64,000 nt of DNA, taken from NCBI GenBank assembly GCA_031547725.1, contig JAVBRT010000032.1, forward strand, positions 10,075 to 74,074. The letters are read 5' to 3'. Positions 56,587 to 64,000 of this stretch are shown here, piece after piece. The DNA is from Azonexus sp. (GTDB lineage: Bacteria > Pseudomonadota > Gammaproteobacteria > Burkholderiales > Rhodocyclaceae). Position 1 is the first letter of the stretch. The number at the start of each line of letters is the position of its first letter. The position numbers were made by a program, and so were the translations under genes. The notes beneath the pieces are model-generated. The model did not search any database. It was not told the origin of the DNA and was given only the letters and a program-made list of their open reading frames with translations.

Positions 56587-57831
56587 TTAGTCTTCCGTCG
56601 CCGCGTCGAACAGGCGGGCCAGTTGCGCCGCCCGCCCCTGGCGCGAGGCCGCGGCGACGGCCCGCGGCTCGGGCAGGACCGCCCGGCCGGCACGGATGGC
56701 ATCGAGGAAGGCCGGCAGGGCCCGGCAGATGTCGTCGGCCGAATCGAGGCGGATAATATCGGTGGCGCCGGCTTGGCGCAGGGTCGCCGCGGTGTCGCCC
56801 GGCGGGTCGGTCAGGGCCAGGATCGGCCGGTTGGCGCGCAGGTATTCGTAAATCTTGGCCGGAATCTGCTCGTTGCAATTGGCCGCCTGCATGACCAGCA
56901 GGCCGTCGGCGGCGAGCATTTCGGCCAGCGCCTCGCGATACGGCACCGGCGGCCGGCAGTCGATCAACTCGCCGATGTCGTATTGGGCAGCCAGCGATTG
57001 CAGCAGATCGTCATGGACGGCGGCACGGAAGCGCACGACCAGGCTGCCGGGAGCAATCGCTCCGGCCGCCTTGAGCCGGCCGAGAGCGGCGAAAAGCTGC
57101 GTCGGATCGCGCTCGGCCGGATAGACGATGCCGCTGTGCAGCAGCGTGATCGCCCCCGGGTTGAGCGGCGGCCGCGCGGCACCGGCCGGCGCCGCGGCGG
57201 CGAAGGTTTCCTCGTCGTAGCCGTTTTCCAGCACCGCCACCCGCTCGGGGGCGACCGGATAGCGCGCCAGGTAGGTACGCGCCGCGCCCGGGGTCGTGAA
57301 AGTGGAAAAGCGCGCCGTGCGCAGCGTGTGCTCCTCGATGGCCAGGAAGCTCCGCCGCGTCAGGGGATCGGCCGGATAGCCCTCCTGCGCCATCGGGTCG
57401 CGGAAATCGGCCAGCCACGGCAGGCCGCTGCGCCGCTGCAACTCGGCGCCGATCAGGTGGGCAGTGGCGATCGGATAGGTGGACCAGATCGCCCGCGGTT
57501 TGAAGTCGCGGATCAAGCGCATGCCCTCGCGCACGGCGGCGAATTTCCAGCTGACCCAGCGGTCGGGCCGGGCCATGGCGCCGATGTAGCGGCCGCCGAG
57601 CGCCAGATGGCGCGCCGTATCGAGCGCGAAAGCGCGGCGCACCACGGTGCCCGGGGGAACATCGCCCATCAGGTCGTCGCTGGTGCGCTCGTAGGCGCGC
57701 GGATCGGCCGACAGCACCAGCGGCTCCCAACCGAACCCGGGCAGGTGCTGGACGAAGCGCAGGGTGCGCTGGATGCCGCTGCTGCCCGCCAGGGGCGGGA
57801 AATGGTAGGCAATCATGAGGACGCGGTTCAT
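56587..57831 (-). CDS. GT4 glycosyltransferase
   Basis: Start MNRVLMIAYHFPP at 57831; ADFRDP, ENGYD, IPAKIYEYL. Confidence 0.88.
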   Translation of the reverse strand: MNRVLMIAYHFPPLAGSSGIQRTLRFVQHLPGFGWEPLVLSADPRAYERTSDDLMGDVPPGTVVRRAFALDTARHLALGGRYIGAMARPDRWVSWKFAAVREGMRLIRDFKPRAIWSTYPIATAHLIGAELQRRSGLPWLADFRDPMAQEGYPADPLTRRSFLAIEEHTLRTARFSTFTTPGAARTYLARYPVAPERVAVLENGYDEETFAAAAPAGAARPPLNPGAITLLHSGIVYPAERDPTQLFAALGRLKAAGAIAPGSLVVRFRAAVHDDLLQSLAAQYDIGELIDCRPPVPYREALAEMLAADGLLVMQAANCNEQIPAKIYEYLRANRPILALTDPPGDTAATLRQAGATDIIRLDSADDICRALPAFLDAIRAGRAVLPEPRAVAAASRQGRAAQLARLFDAATED

Positions 57832-57993
57832 GTTTTTTCGACGGGCGGGCAATGGCATTGATTGAGGATTGGCCGCGACTTCGGCCGGATGGAGGGCAAC
57901 CGGCCCGGCCGGCGGCCGAAGCATGATAGAGGCTGCGGCAGCGCCATGTCCAATACGTATGCCGTTGGCCAGTACGAAAACTGCCGGGGGCTC

Positions 57994-60162
57994 CTAGCCG
58001 GCCGGCGTGCGGCGCAGGCGCTCCCGCAGCGCCAACAGGGCGGCGCCGATCCGGCGGCCGACCGGCTTGGCCAGCCGGCCGGCCACTTCCTTGATCGCCA
58101 GCGCGCAACCGAAAACTGTGCGCGGATTGTAGGCGATGATGCCCCAGCGCTCCCGCCGGTCGCTCATCCAGATTTGCTTGTATTTATCGTCGCCGATCAG
58201 GAAATCGACTTCCTCGACCCGGTCGCCCTCGATGACTTGTTGCATCAGGAAGCTGGTCAGTACCGTCCCCGGCGAATAGGCGGAAAAAGCTTCGTGGTAG
58301 GCCACCTTGTAGATGCTGGCCTTGCCCCGCCCGGCCAGCCACAACTGCGCGGCGATCGGCCGCCCCTGCAAGCGGGCGATGCCGAGCCGCAGCATGCCCT
58401 TGGCCGCCAGCAGCCGGATCAGCTCGGGCACGAAGTCGGGATAAGGCTCGGGCTTCTTCCAGCTGGCCGAATACACTTCGGCGAAGGCGGCGATGCCCGC
58501 CTCGACCCCGGCGACATCGCGGATCAGTTCGAGCGTGCCGCCATCGGCCGCAAACTTCTTGCTCATCCGCTTGATGGTGCTGCGCAGATTGGCGCTGCGC
58601 TGGCGCAGATAATCCTCCCAGCCGCCGCGCACCTTGAGGAACCAGTTGCCGAAGCAGAAAAAGGTCAACGGAATCCAACCGCTGGCGCGCAGTTCGTTGA
58701 GCAGCGCGCTGTAATCCGGCGCTTCGGGGTCCATCGGCGCGAAACGCATCATGTGGACACCGCGGTTGTCGCGCAGCGCGGCGCGGAGCAAATCGCGCAG
58801 CGCCAGCGGATCGCAATCCTGCCCGAGCGGCGGCGAGTACAGCGAAGTGTAGTAATTGCTCAGCGATTCCAGCGTGCGCAACCAGCCCTGGCGACTCCGG
58901 CGCAACGGCAGGACCGCCCGCGCCTGCCCGCCCTCGGCGAGATAGTAATAGCGGACGTTCGGATCATCGGGATAAACCTGCCGCTGCAGCAGGGCGAACC
59001 AGTCGATCGAGGCATCGAGGTCGCCGGCCCGGGCGAATTCCCCGAACGGCCACTCGCCTTCGGGAAATTCGTCGAGCCGGGCGCAGCAGCGGATGTCGAC
59101 CGGCGGCGTCGCGTTTTCCGGCTGGCGCATGCGCCCTGAGCAAAGCAGTTGGCGCCGCGCCTTCGGCAACAGCGTATCGGCGACGATGGCGCAATCGCTG
59201 CGGAACAGCTGGACACTGTAGGTGGTGGCGCCGAAGGTCGCCCACGCGGCCTGGTCGCGCGGCGCATTGGTGTAGAACTCGACAACCCGTTGCGGCCGCT
59301 CGGCCGATTCCCGTTCGAGCAGCCGGTACAGCAGCAGATGGCCGGGGGCGAAACGTGACAAGGCCTGGTCTTCGGCGGCCTTGAGGAGCACCAGCATGCG
59401 CTCGTTGCCGAGCAGCAGGCGGGAAGCTGCCAGCTGGCCGGCGACTGTCAGTTCGCAGACTTCGGCCTGCCCGGCGGCGGCGAAATTGGCCATCACTTCG
59501 GCATAGAAGCGCCCCTGGACGTTATCGCTCGACACGGCCGTGCCGGCCTCCCCTGTCCGGCCGGCGCTCTCCAGTTCGCCGAACCGGCCGACGCCGTCGG
59601 CCACGGCCTCGGCGCCGCGCTCGCTGGACAACTCGGCGCCGAGCGCCTCGCGCTCCAAGTCGTTGACATGGCGGCGGATGTCGTCGCGCAGATCCTTCGG
59701 GCGCCGCTGCCAATATTCCGCGAACTCGTTTCCCGGCTCGACGCCGATGGTAGTGGCATGGTCAAGAAGCACGCTTTCCGCTCGCACCGGGGCGAAGGAC
59801 GGGGCATAGCGCGGATCGACGGCATGGAGTTCGAGGCACCAGGCGAAACCGGGCAAGGCTTTCAGCAGGCCTTGCAGCAAGGCGGCGTCGGCAACCAGGA
59901 TCGGCGTTACCCGCGCCTGGGCCGGCCGGAAAGTCACCCAGCGCCCATGGCCGCGCGGCTGCAAAATCAGGGCGCCGCGCACGACGCCCTGTTCGCGGTA
60001 CAGACAAAGGCGCTCGCCGCCCTGGGCGAAATACTTGAGCAGCGGGCCGACGAAACGGCTGTCGAAATAGGGATGGCCGCCGTACAACGCGTCGTTCAGG
60101 CGGTCCCAGTCGACCGCATGGCTGGCGAAGGCGCTAGCCGCCGGCAGGAATTCCCAACTCAT
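57994..60162 (-). CDS. Tandem GNAT (CelD/BcsL, Acetyltransf_6-type) protein
   Basis: Start MSWEF at 60162 overlaps the upstream stop. Two repeats of the pattern ...(E/S)..(G/S)(W)K/R...LAA..L...SPG..L...DF: FAPGHLLL in the first half, YSPGTVLT..VDFLIGDDKYK in the second. Confidence 0.8.
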   Translation of the reverse strand: MSWEFLPAASAFASHAVDWDRLNDALYGGHPYFDSRFVGPLLKYFAQGGERLCLYREQGVVRGALILQPRGHGRWVTFRPAQARVTPILVADAALLQGLLKALPGFAWCLELHAVDPRYAPSFAPVRAESVLLDHATTIGVEPGNEFAEYWQRRPKDLRDDIRRHVNDLEREALGAELSSERGAEAVADGVGRFGELESAGRTGEAGTAVSSDNVQGRFYAEVMANFAAAGQAEVCELTVAGQLAASRLLLGNERMLVLLKAAEDQALSRFAPGHLLLYRLLERESAERPQRVVEFYTNAPRDQAAWATFGATTYSVQLFRSDCAIVADTLLPKARRQLLCSGRMRQPENATPPVDIRCCARLDEFPEGEWPFGEFARAGDLDASIDWFALLQRQVYPDDPNVRYYYLAEGGQARAVLPLRRSRQGWLRTLESLSNYYTSLYSPPLGQDCDPLALRDLLRAALRDNRGVHMMRFAPMDPEAPDYSALLNELRASGWIPLTFFCFGNWFLKVRGGWEDYLRQRSANLRSTIKRMSKKFAADGGTLELIRDVAGVEAGIAAFAEVYSASWKKPEPYPDFVPELIRLLAAKGMLRLGIARLQGRPIAAQLWLAGRGKASIYKVAYHEAFSAYSPGTVLTSFLMQQVIEGDRVEEVDFLIGDDKYKQIWMSDRRERWGIIAYNPRTVFGCALAIKEVAGRLAKPVGRRIGAALLALRERLRRTPAG

Positions 60163-61364
60163 CGCCCCTCCCCGGCCGGCGCCAGGCGCAGCACCTTGGT
60201 CAGCGCCGCCAGCAGCCAGTCCATTTCGTCGTCGCGCAACGACTGGTGGCACGGCAGGTGCAACAGATGCAGGCGATGACCGCTGGCCACCGGGCAGGCG
60301 GAAACGGCCATTTCGTCCCAGCGCCAGAGCGGCACGCCGAGTTGTTTGAGCCAATAGAAATGCGGCAGCGGATGGTCGATGTAGAGCGGGAACATGTAGG
60401 GCACGATGGTTTCCGGCAATTCCGGGTAAAGCGGGCGGCAATGCGGCAAATCGGCCACGGCCGCCAGCCAGCGCCGGTAATTGGCCCGGCGCCGGCCGAT
60501 GACGGCGCTCAGCGCGACATGCCCGGCCAGCCAGCGCGAACTCCGCAAGGCGGCGGTGCCGGCGGACGCCGGCCGGTATTGCGCCGAGGGCCCGGAGCGC
60601 GACTGCCGCCCGTCGGCGCCGGTGTGCGGCGCCCGCACGGCCAGTGCCGCCAGTTGGCCGTCGAGCGCGGCGATGTCGGCCATCCCGACCGACGGCCGGC
60701 GAGCCGCGTCAAGCCATTGCTTGAGGCCGCGCAGTTCGTCGCGCCAGCCGGCCGGGCGTACGGTGGCACCGGACAACGAGTCGGGTGCGGGCGCGTACAA
60801 CCAGCCGCCATCGGCGCCGGGAAAGAACTTGTACGGACTGGCGGCGACGAAACGCCCGTAGCGTCCGGCGCCGGCCGCCCGATAGCGTTCGCTGAACAAG
60901 GTGTGCGAACAATCCTCGATCAGAACGATGCCGCGCTCCGCACACCACGCTTGCAGCCAGGAAAAATCGCGGACGAAGCCGAAGAAATGCGTCGCCAGCA
61001 AGGCCTTGACCGGCTTGGCGGAAGCGTTGACCAGCCCATCGAGCGCCGCCGGATCGGGCCCCAGATCGGCCAGCAGCGGATAAAGCAGCACGTCGGCACC
61101 GAGCGCCAGCGCCGGGTCGAGCATGGTCACGCAATGGTAGGCCGGCGCCAGCAGCACGCCGCCACCGTCCAGCCCGGCCCGCCGATAGGCCTCGCCAAGG
61201 GCGTAGCGGCCGCGGCTGTAGTGGAGACCTGGCAGCTTCGGGCTATCGGCAAGCAGCGCCGCATCATCGGCACCGGCAGCCTGGAAGCCGCACGGCAACA
61301 CCGGCACCCGCGGCCGCGGGAAATGACAGGGGGCGGGATCGAAGACCTGGTAATCGAGAGACAC
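60159..61364 (-). CDS. DegT/DnrJ/EryC1/StrS-family PLP-dependent aminotransferase
   Basis: SRGRYAL, PAYHC, THFFG, IEDCSH, ASPYKFF (PLP Lys), LPCHQSL; probable GTG start at 61364. Confidence 0.8.
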   Translation of the reverse strand: MSLDYQVFDPAPCHFPRPRVPVLPCGFQAAGADDAALLADSPKLPGLHYSRGRYALGEAYRRAGLDGGGVLLAPAYHCVTMLDPALALGADVLLYPLLADLGPDPAALDGLVNASAKPVKALLATHFFGFVRDFSWLQAWCAERGIVLIEDCSHTLFSERYRAAGAGRYGRFVAASPYKFFPGADGGWLYAPAPDSLSGATVRPAGWRDELRGLKQWLDAARRPSVGMADIAALDGQLAALAVRAPHTGADGRQSRSGPSAQYRPASAGTAALRSSRWLAGHVALSAVIGRRRANYRRWLAAVADLPHCRPLYPELPETIVPYMFPLYIDHPLPHFYWLKQLGVPLWRWDEMAVSACPVASGHRLHLLHLPCHQSLRDDEMDWLLAALTKVLRLAPAGEGR

Positions 61365-61381
61365 GGCCGGCGCTCCGCGGT

Positions 61382-62242
61382 TCAGGACGGCAGCACCCGG
61401 CGCAGCCAGTCGAGCGTCGCCGCTTCGACCGTCTGGCGCAAGGCGCGCGACGAGAAAGTATGGTCGGCATCGGCCACGTCGATGCGCGTCAGGCCGGGGC
61501 CGGCCAGCGCCCGGATGGCGACCGGGTCGCTGCGGCAGGCTTCGAGGAATTCCTTGGCGGTGTAGTCGTCGCCGCTGAGCAGCAGCAGCGACGGCCCGGG
61601 AAAGGCCTCCAGCGCCTGCATCATCCGCTGCTGGAACGGCGGCTCCGCCGCTCCGTCGGCCTCGCCGGACGCCCGCCGGGCGCGCCGCCAGTTGCCGGCC
61701 AGATCGCCCAATGCCCGGCCGAGACCGAGCCGGCCGCCGAGCAGCTTGCGCCAGAACTCGCCCTGCGTCAGCCGGCGCAGGTAGTAATGCTTGATGTGCG
61801 TCCGCGCCAGCGTCGCTTCCGAACGGACCCAGGGATTGAGCAGCACCAGGCCGCCGAGATCGGCATCGCGGCGGCGCTCCCAGTACAGCAAGGCGGCCGT
61901 GGCGGCATCGCACAACCCCCACAGCACGATGCGTTGCAGTTGCGGGCAGTGTTGGCGGAAGGCCGCCAGCGCGGCGGCGATATCCTCGTCGACGGCTGCG
62001 AAATCGCGCGCCGCGCCGGTGCTGTCGCCCATGCCGCGGTAATCGAAGCGCAGCACCGGATAACCGGCCGCCGCCAGCGCCCGTGCCAGTAACAGGAATT
62101 GACGGTGGCTGCCGGCCCGGTATTGCGGCCCGCCGACGACGATCAATACGCCGGTCGCCACCGGCGCGGCGGGCATCGCGACGATGCCGAGCAGGGATTC
62201 GCCGGCGCAGGGAAAGACGATGGCCTGTTCGCGGTAAGTCAT
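61382..62242 (-). CDS. Hydrolase 1, exosortase A system-associated (TIGR03100-like)
   Basis: Start MTYREQ at 62242; GGPQYRAGSHRQF, FDYRGMGDS, WGLCDAA, LNPWVR, DADHTFS. Confidence 0.9.
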   Translation of the reverse strand: MTYREQAIVFPCAGESLLGIVAMPAAPVATGVLIVVGGPQYRAGSHRQFLLLARALAAAGYPVLRFDYRGMGDSTGAARDFAAVDEDIAAALAAFRQHCPQLQRIVLWGLCDAATAALLYWERRRDADLGGLVLLNPWVRSEATLARTHIKHYYLRRLTQGEFWRKLLGGRLGLGRALGDLAGNWRRARRASGEADGAAEPPFQQRMMQALEAFPGPSLLLLSGDDYTAKEFLEACRSDPVAIRALAGPGLTRIDVADADHTFSSRALRQTVEAATLDWLRRVLPS

Positions 62243-63048
62243 GCGCCCCCCGCCAGTGCCGCCAGGGTGGCGGCGAGCAGTTCCGGCGCCTCTTCGATTT
62301 CGCTCGTCTGCCAGAACGCCGGACCGCGCACGACGGCGGCGTCGACCGTGAACCCGGCGGCCCGCCACTGCTCGATGTGCTTGAGCGCCACCGGCGCCAG
62401 CGCCGCGTCGTCGCGCAACGAGGTTTCCAGCCAGACGACCCGGCCGCCGCGACCGGCCGGCGGCGACAATTCGGCCTGCGCCAGGCCGGCGACCAGGGCC
62501 GGCGCGACCTCGTAGCCGGCGATCTCGACCGGCTGCCCGGCGGCCAATTGCGCGCGCAGTTGCTCGCCGGCCGCCTTGGCCTGGCCCGAAGCCATTTCGC
62601 CGGCCATCTTCAGACGCATGAATTGCTGCCAGTGCTGCTTGCCGGAAACGACGGGCTGCCAGAACAGGAAATCGGCGGCTTCCGGCAACTCCGCGGCGGC
62701 CTCGGCCGCCAGCAGGCAACCGGCACGCGAACCCCAGAGCACCAGCGGCGCCGCCGAACGCTCGCGCAGACGGCGATAGCCGGCGACTACATCCTCGCGC
62801 CAGGCAGTCCAGGTGGCATCGGCGAAATCGCCGTCGCTGTCGCCGCAACCGAGCAGGTCGATCTGCAGCACATCGCAGCCGGCGGCGGCCAGCGCCCGCG
62901 ACTGCAGCGCCGCCATGCGCCGGGCCTTGTTCATTTCCTCGGCGAAGGGGTGCAGGTAGAGCACCGCCGCCTTGGCCTTTCCGCCCGGCGCCGGATGGAA
63001 CAGGCAGAAGCGCCGCCCGTCGCCGGCGGCCAGGAAATCGGGCTGCAC
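62239..63048 (-). CDS. Hydrolase 2, exosortase A system-associated (TIGR03101-like)
   Basis: HPFAEEMNKARR, DLLGCGDS, WGSRAG, WQPVVSG, EIAGY, GPAFWQ; probable GTG start at 63048. Confidence 0.88.
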   Translation of the reverse strand: MQPDFLAAGDGRRFCLFHPAPGGKAKAAVLYLHPFAEEMNKARRMAALQSRALAAAGCDVLQIDLLGCGDSDGDFADATWTAWREDVVAGYRRLRERSAAPLVLWGSRAGCLLAAEAAAELPEAADFLFWQPVVSGKQHWQQFMRLKMAGEMASGQAKAAGEQLRAQLAAGQPVEIAGYEVAPALVAGLAQAELSPPAGRGGRVVWLETSLRDDAALAPVALKHIEQWRAAGFTVDAAVVRGPAFWQTSEIEEAPELLAATLAALAGGA

Positions 63049-63064
63049 GGCAGGCGTTGCCGGA

Positions 63065-63316
63065 TCAGCCGGCCAGTTTGGCGTCGACAAATGCGACCAG
63101 CGAACCGACCGTGGCGAAGGTGCTGCCCTCGATCTCGTCATCGTCGACGGAGAAGCCGAAACGCTCCTCGAAGCCGGTGATCAACGCCACCACGGCCATC
63201 GAATCGAGTTCCGGTATGGCCCCCAGCAGAGGCGTATCCAGGGTATAGGCTGCCGCCCGGCCGTTGAGACTGAGAACTTCATCGAGCAGCGAAAGTACTT
63301 CCTTCTGGGTATTCAA
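63065..63316 (-). CDS. Acyl carrier protein, exosortase A system-associated
   Basis: 83 aa, LLGAIPELDSMAVV phosphopantetheine motif; TTG start with AGGAG RBS. Confidence 0.9.
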   Translation of the reverse strand: MNTQKEVLSLLDEVLSLNGRAAAYTLDTPLLGAIPELDSMAVVALITGFEERFGFSVDDDEIEGSTFATVGSLVAFVDAKLAG

Positions 63317-63702
63317 ACCGCACTCCTAGGACATCAGAATCGGGAGGCCGAATTATAGGGTCAGAATCCCGGCGCGACCGTGAGATACGACACAACGTCA
63401 TACATGTTTGGCAGCCGGCCCGGCCTCCGGGCAGGCGAAACGTTCCTGAATCTTTATTCAAAAATCAACAAAAATGTTGATACGATTCATTGGCTTGCCC
63501 CGCACGCATTGAACGAGTTTCCGTCCCTCCATTTCGCCCGGCACCGCAAGGCCATGCACTGCGGGACAAGCTCCCGGGAAAAACGATACACTGTCCGCCC
63601 GTCATCATGATGGAATGTTTACCGCCGGCGCCGCCGGTTACGGCCTGCCTCAAGCAGAACAAGCATTCCCGCCAGTCAACCCGCCGCCCGCCAAGTGCCC
63701 CC

Positions 63703-64000
63703 ATGACCGACACCACGCTGCTGCATGAACTGATCGCCGGCTCCGCCGCCCGCACGCCGGAAGCCACCGCCCTGACCTACGGCAAGGCAGCGCTGACTTA
63801 CCGCAGCCTGCAGGAGCAGGTCGCCGCTTTCGCTTCCGGCCTGATCGGCCTCGGCCTGCAGCGCGGCGAGCGTGTGGCGATTTATCTCGAAAAACGTTTC
63901 GAAACCGTCATCGCCAGCTTCGGCGCGCCGGCCGCCGGCGGCGTCTTCGTGCCGCTCAACCCGCTGCTCAAGCCGGAGCAGGTCGGCTACATCCTGCGCG
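63703..64000 (+). CDS. Acyl-CoA ligase (AMP-forming), exosortase A system-associated (TIGR03098-like; 3' truncated)
   Basis: ATG 63703: MTDTTLLHELIAGSAARTPEATALTYG...GERVAIYLEKRFETV...GGVFVPLNPLLKPEQVGYILR, an ANL-family N-terminus; divergent from the ACP. Confidence 0.85.
   Translation, partial: MTDTTLLHELIAGSAARTPEATALTYGKAALTYRSLQEQVAAFASGLIGLGLQRGERVAIYLEKRFETVIASFGAPAAGGVFVPLNPLLKPEQVGYILR

Noticed and set aside
1-64000. CRISPR arrays, IS elements/integrases, tRNA or rRNA genes
   Set aside because: No regularly spaced repeats, transposase or recombinase motifs, or structural RNA signatures were recognised by eye. A covariance-model search would be needed to exclude small RNAs.

Overview
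High-GC betaproteobacterial chromosome segment; gene content and order suggest Rhodocyclales (Dechloromonas/Azonexus-like), which is inference only. It has three parts. (1) 1-7640: the 3' end of a dialkylresorcinol (DarA/DarB/ACP) lipid or pigment cluster, with a BtrH-like protein, an ABC-2 exporter and a ketosynthase/chain-length-factor-like pair. (2) 7660-18230: housekeeping genes (cnoX, HDAC-family deacetylase, nnr, nadC, thrC, hom, alaA, Mth938-like), plus an unlisted 45-aa membrane ORF and a DUF2249/membrane-protein pair with an FNR-like box inserted between hom and thrC. (3) 18231-64000: a large exosortase A (XrtA)/PEP-CTERM exopolysaccharide locus with manC, wza/wzc-like export, BY-kinase, ATPase, wecB, deacetylases, FemAB, glycosyltransferases, xrtA-epsI, two AsnB-like proteins, O-ligase-like proteins, wzx, a tandem GNAT, DegT, hydrolases 1/2, ACP and a truncated acyl-CoA ligase. 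The best candidate for an undescribed system is the module at 19794-27963. It combines a LolA-like carrier, a LolD-like ATPase, an outer-membrane beta-barrel and two FtsX/LolC-type permeases. These enclose a sigma54/IHF/enhancer-driven PEP-CTERM gene and a VAO/PCMH-family flavoprotein that keeps the phenolate-binding residues. No rRNA, tRNA, CRISPR array or transposase was seen. Family and TIGRFAM names come from motif recognition and memory, not from database searches.
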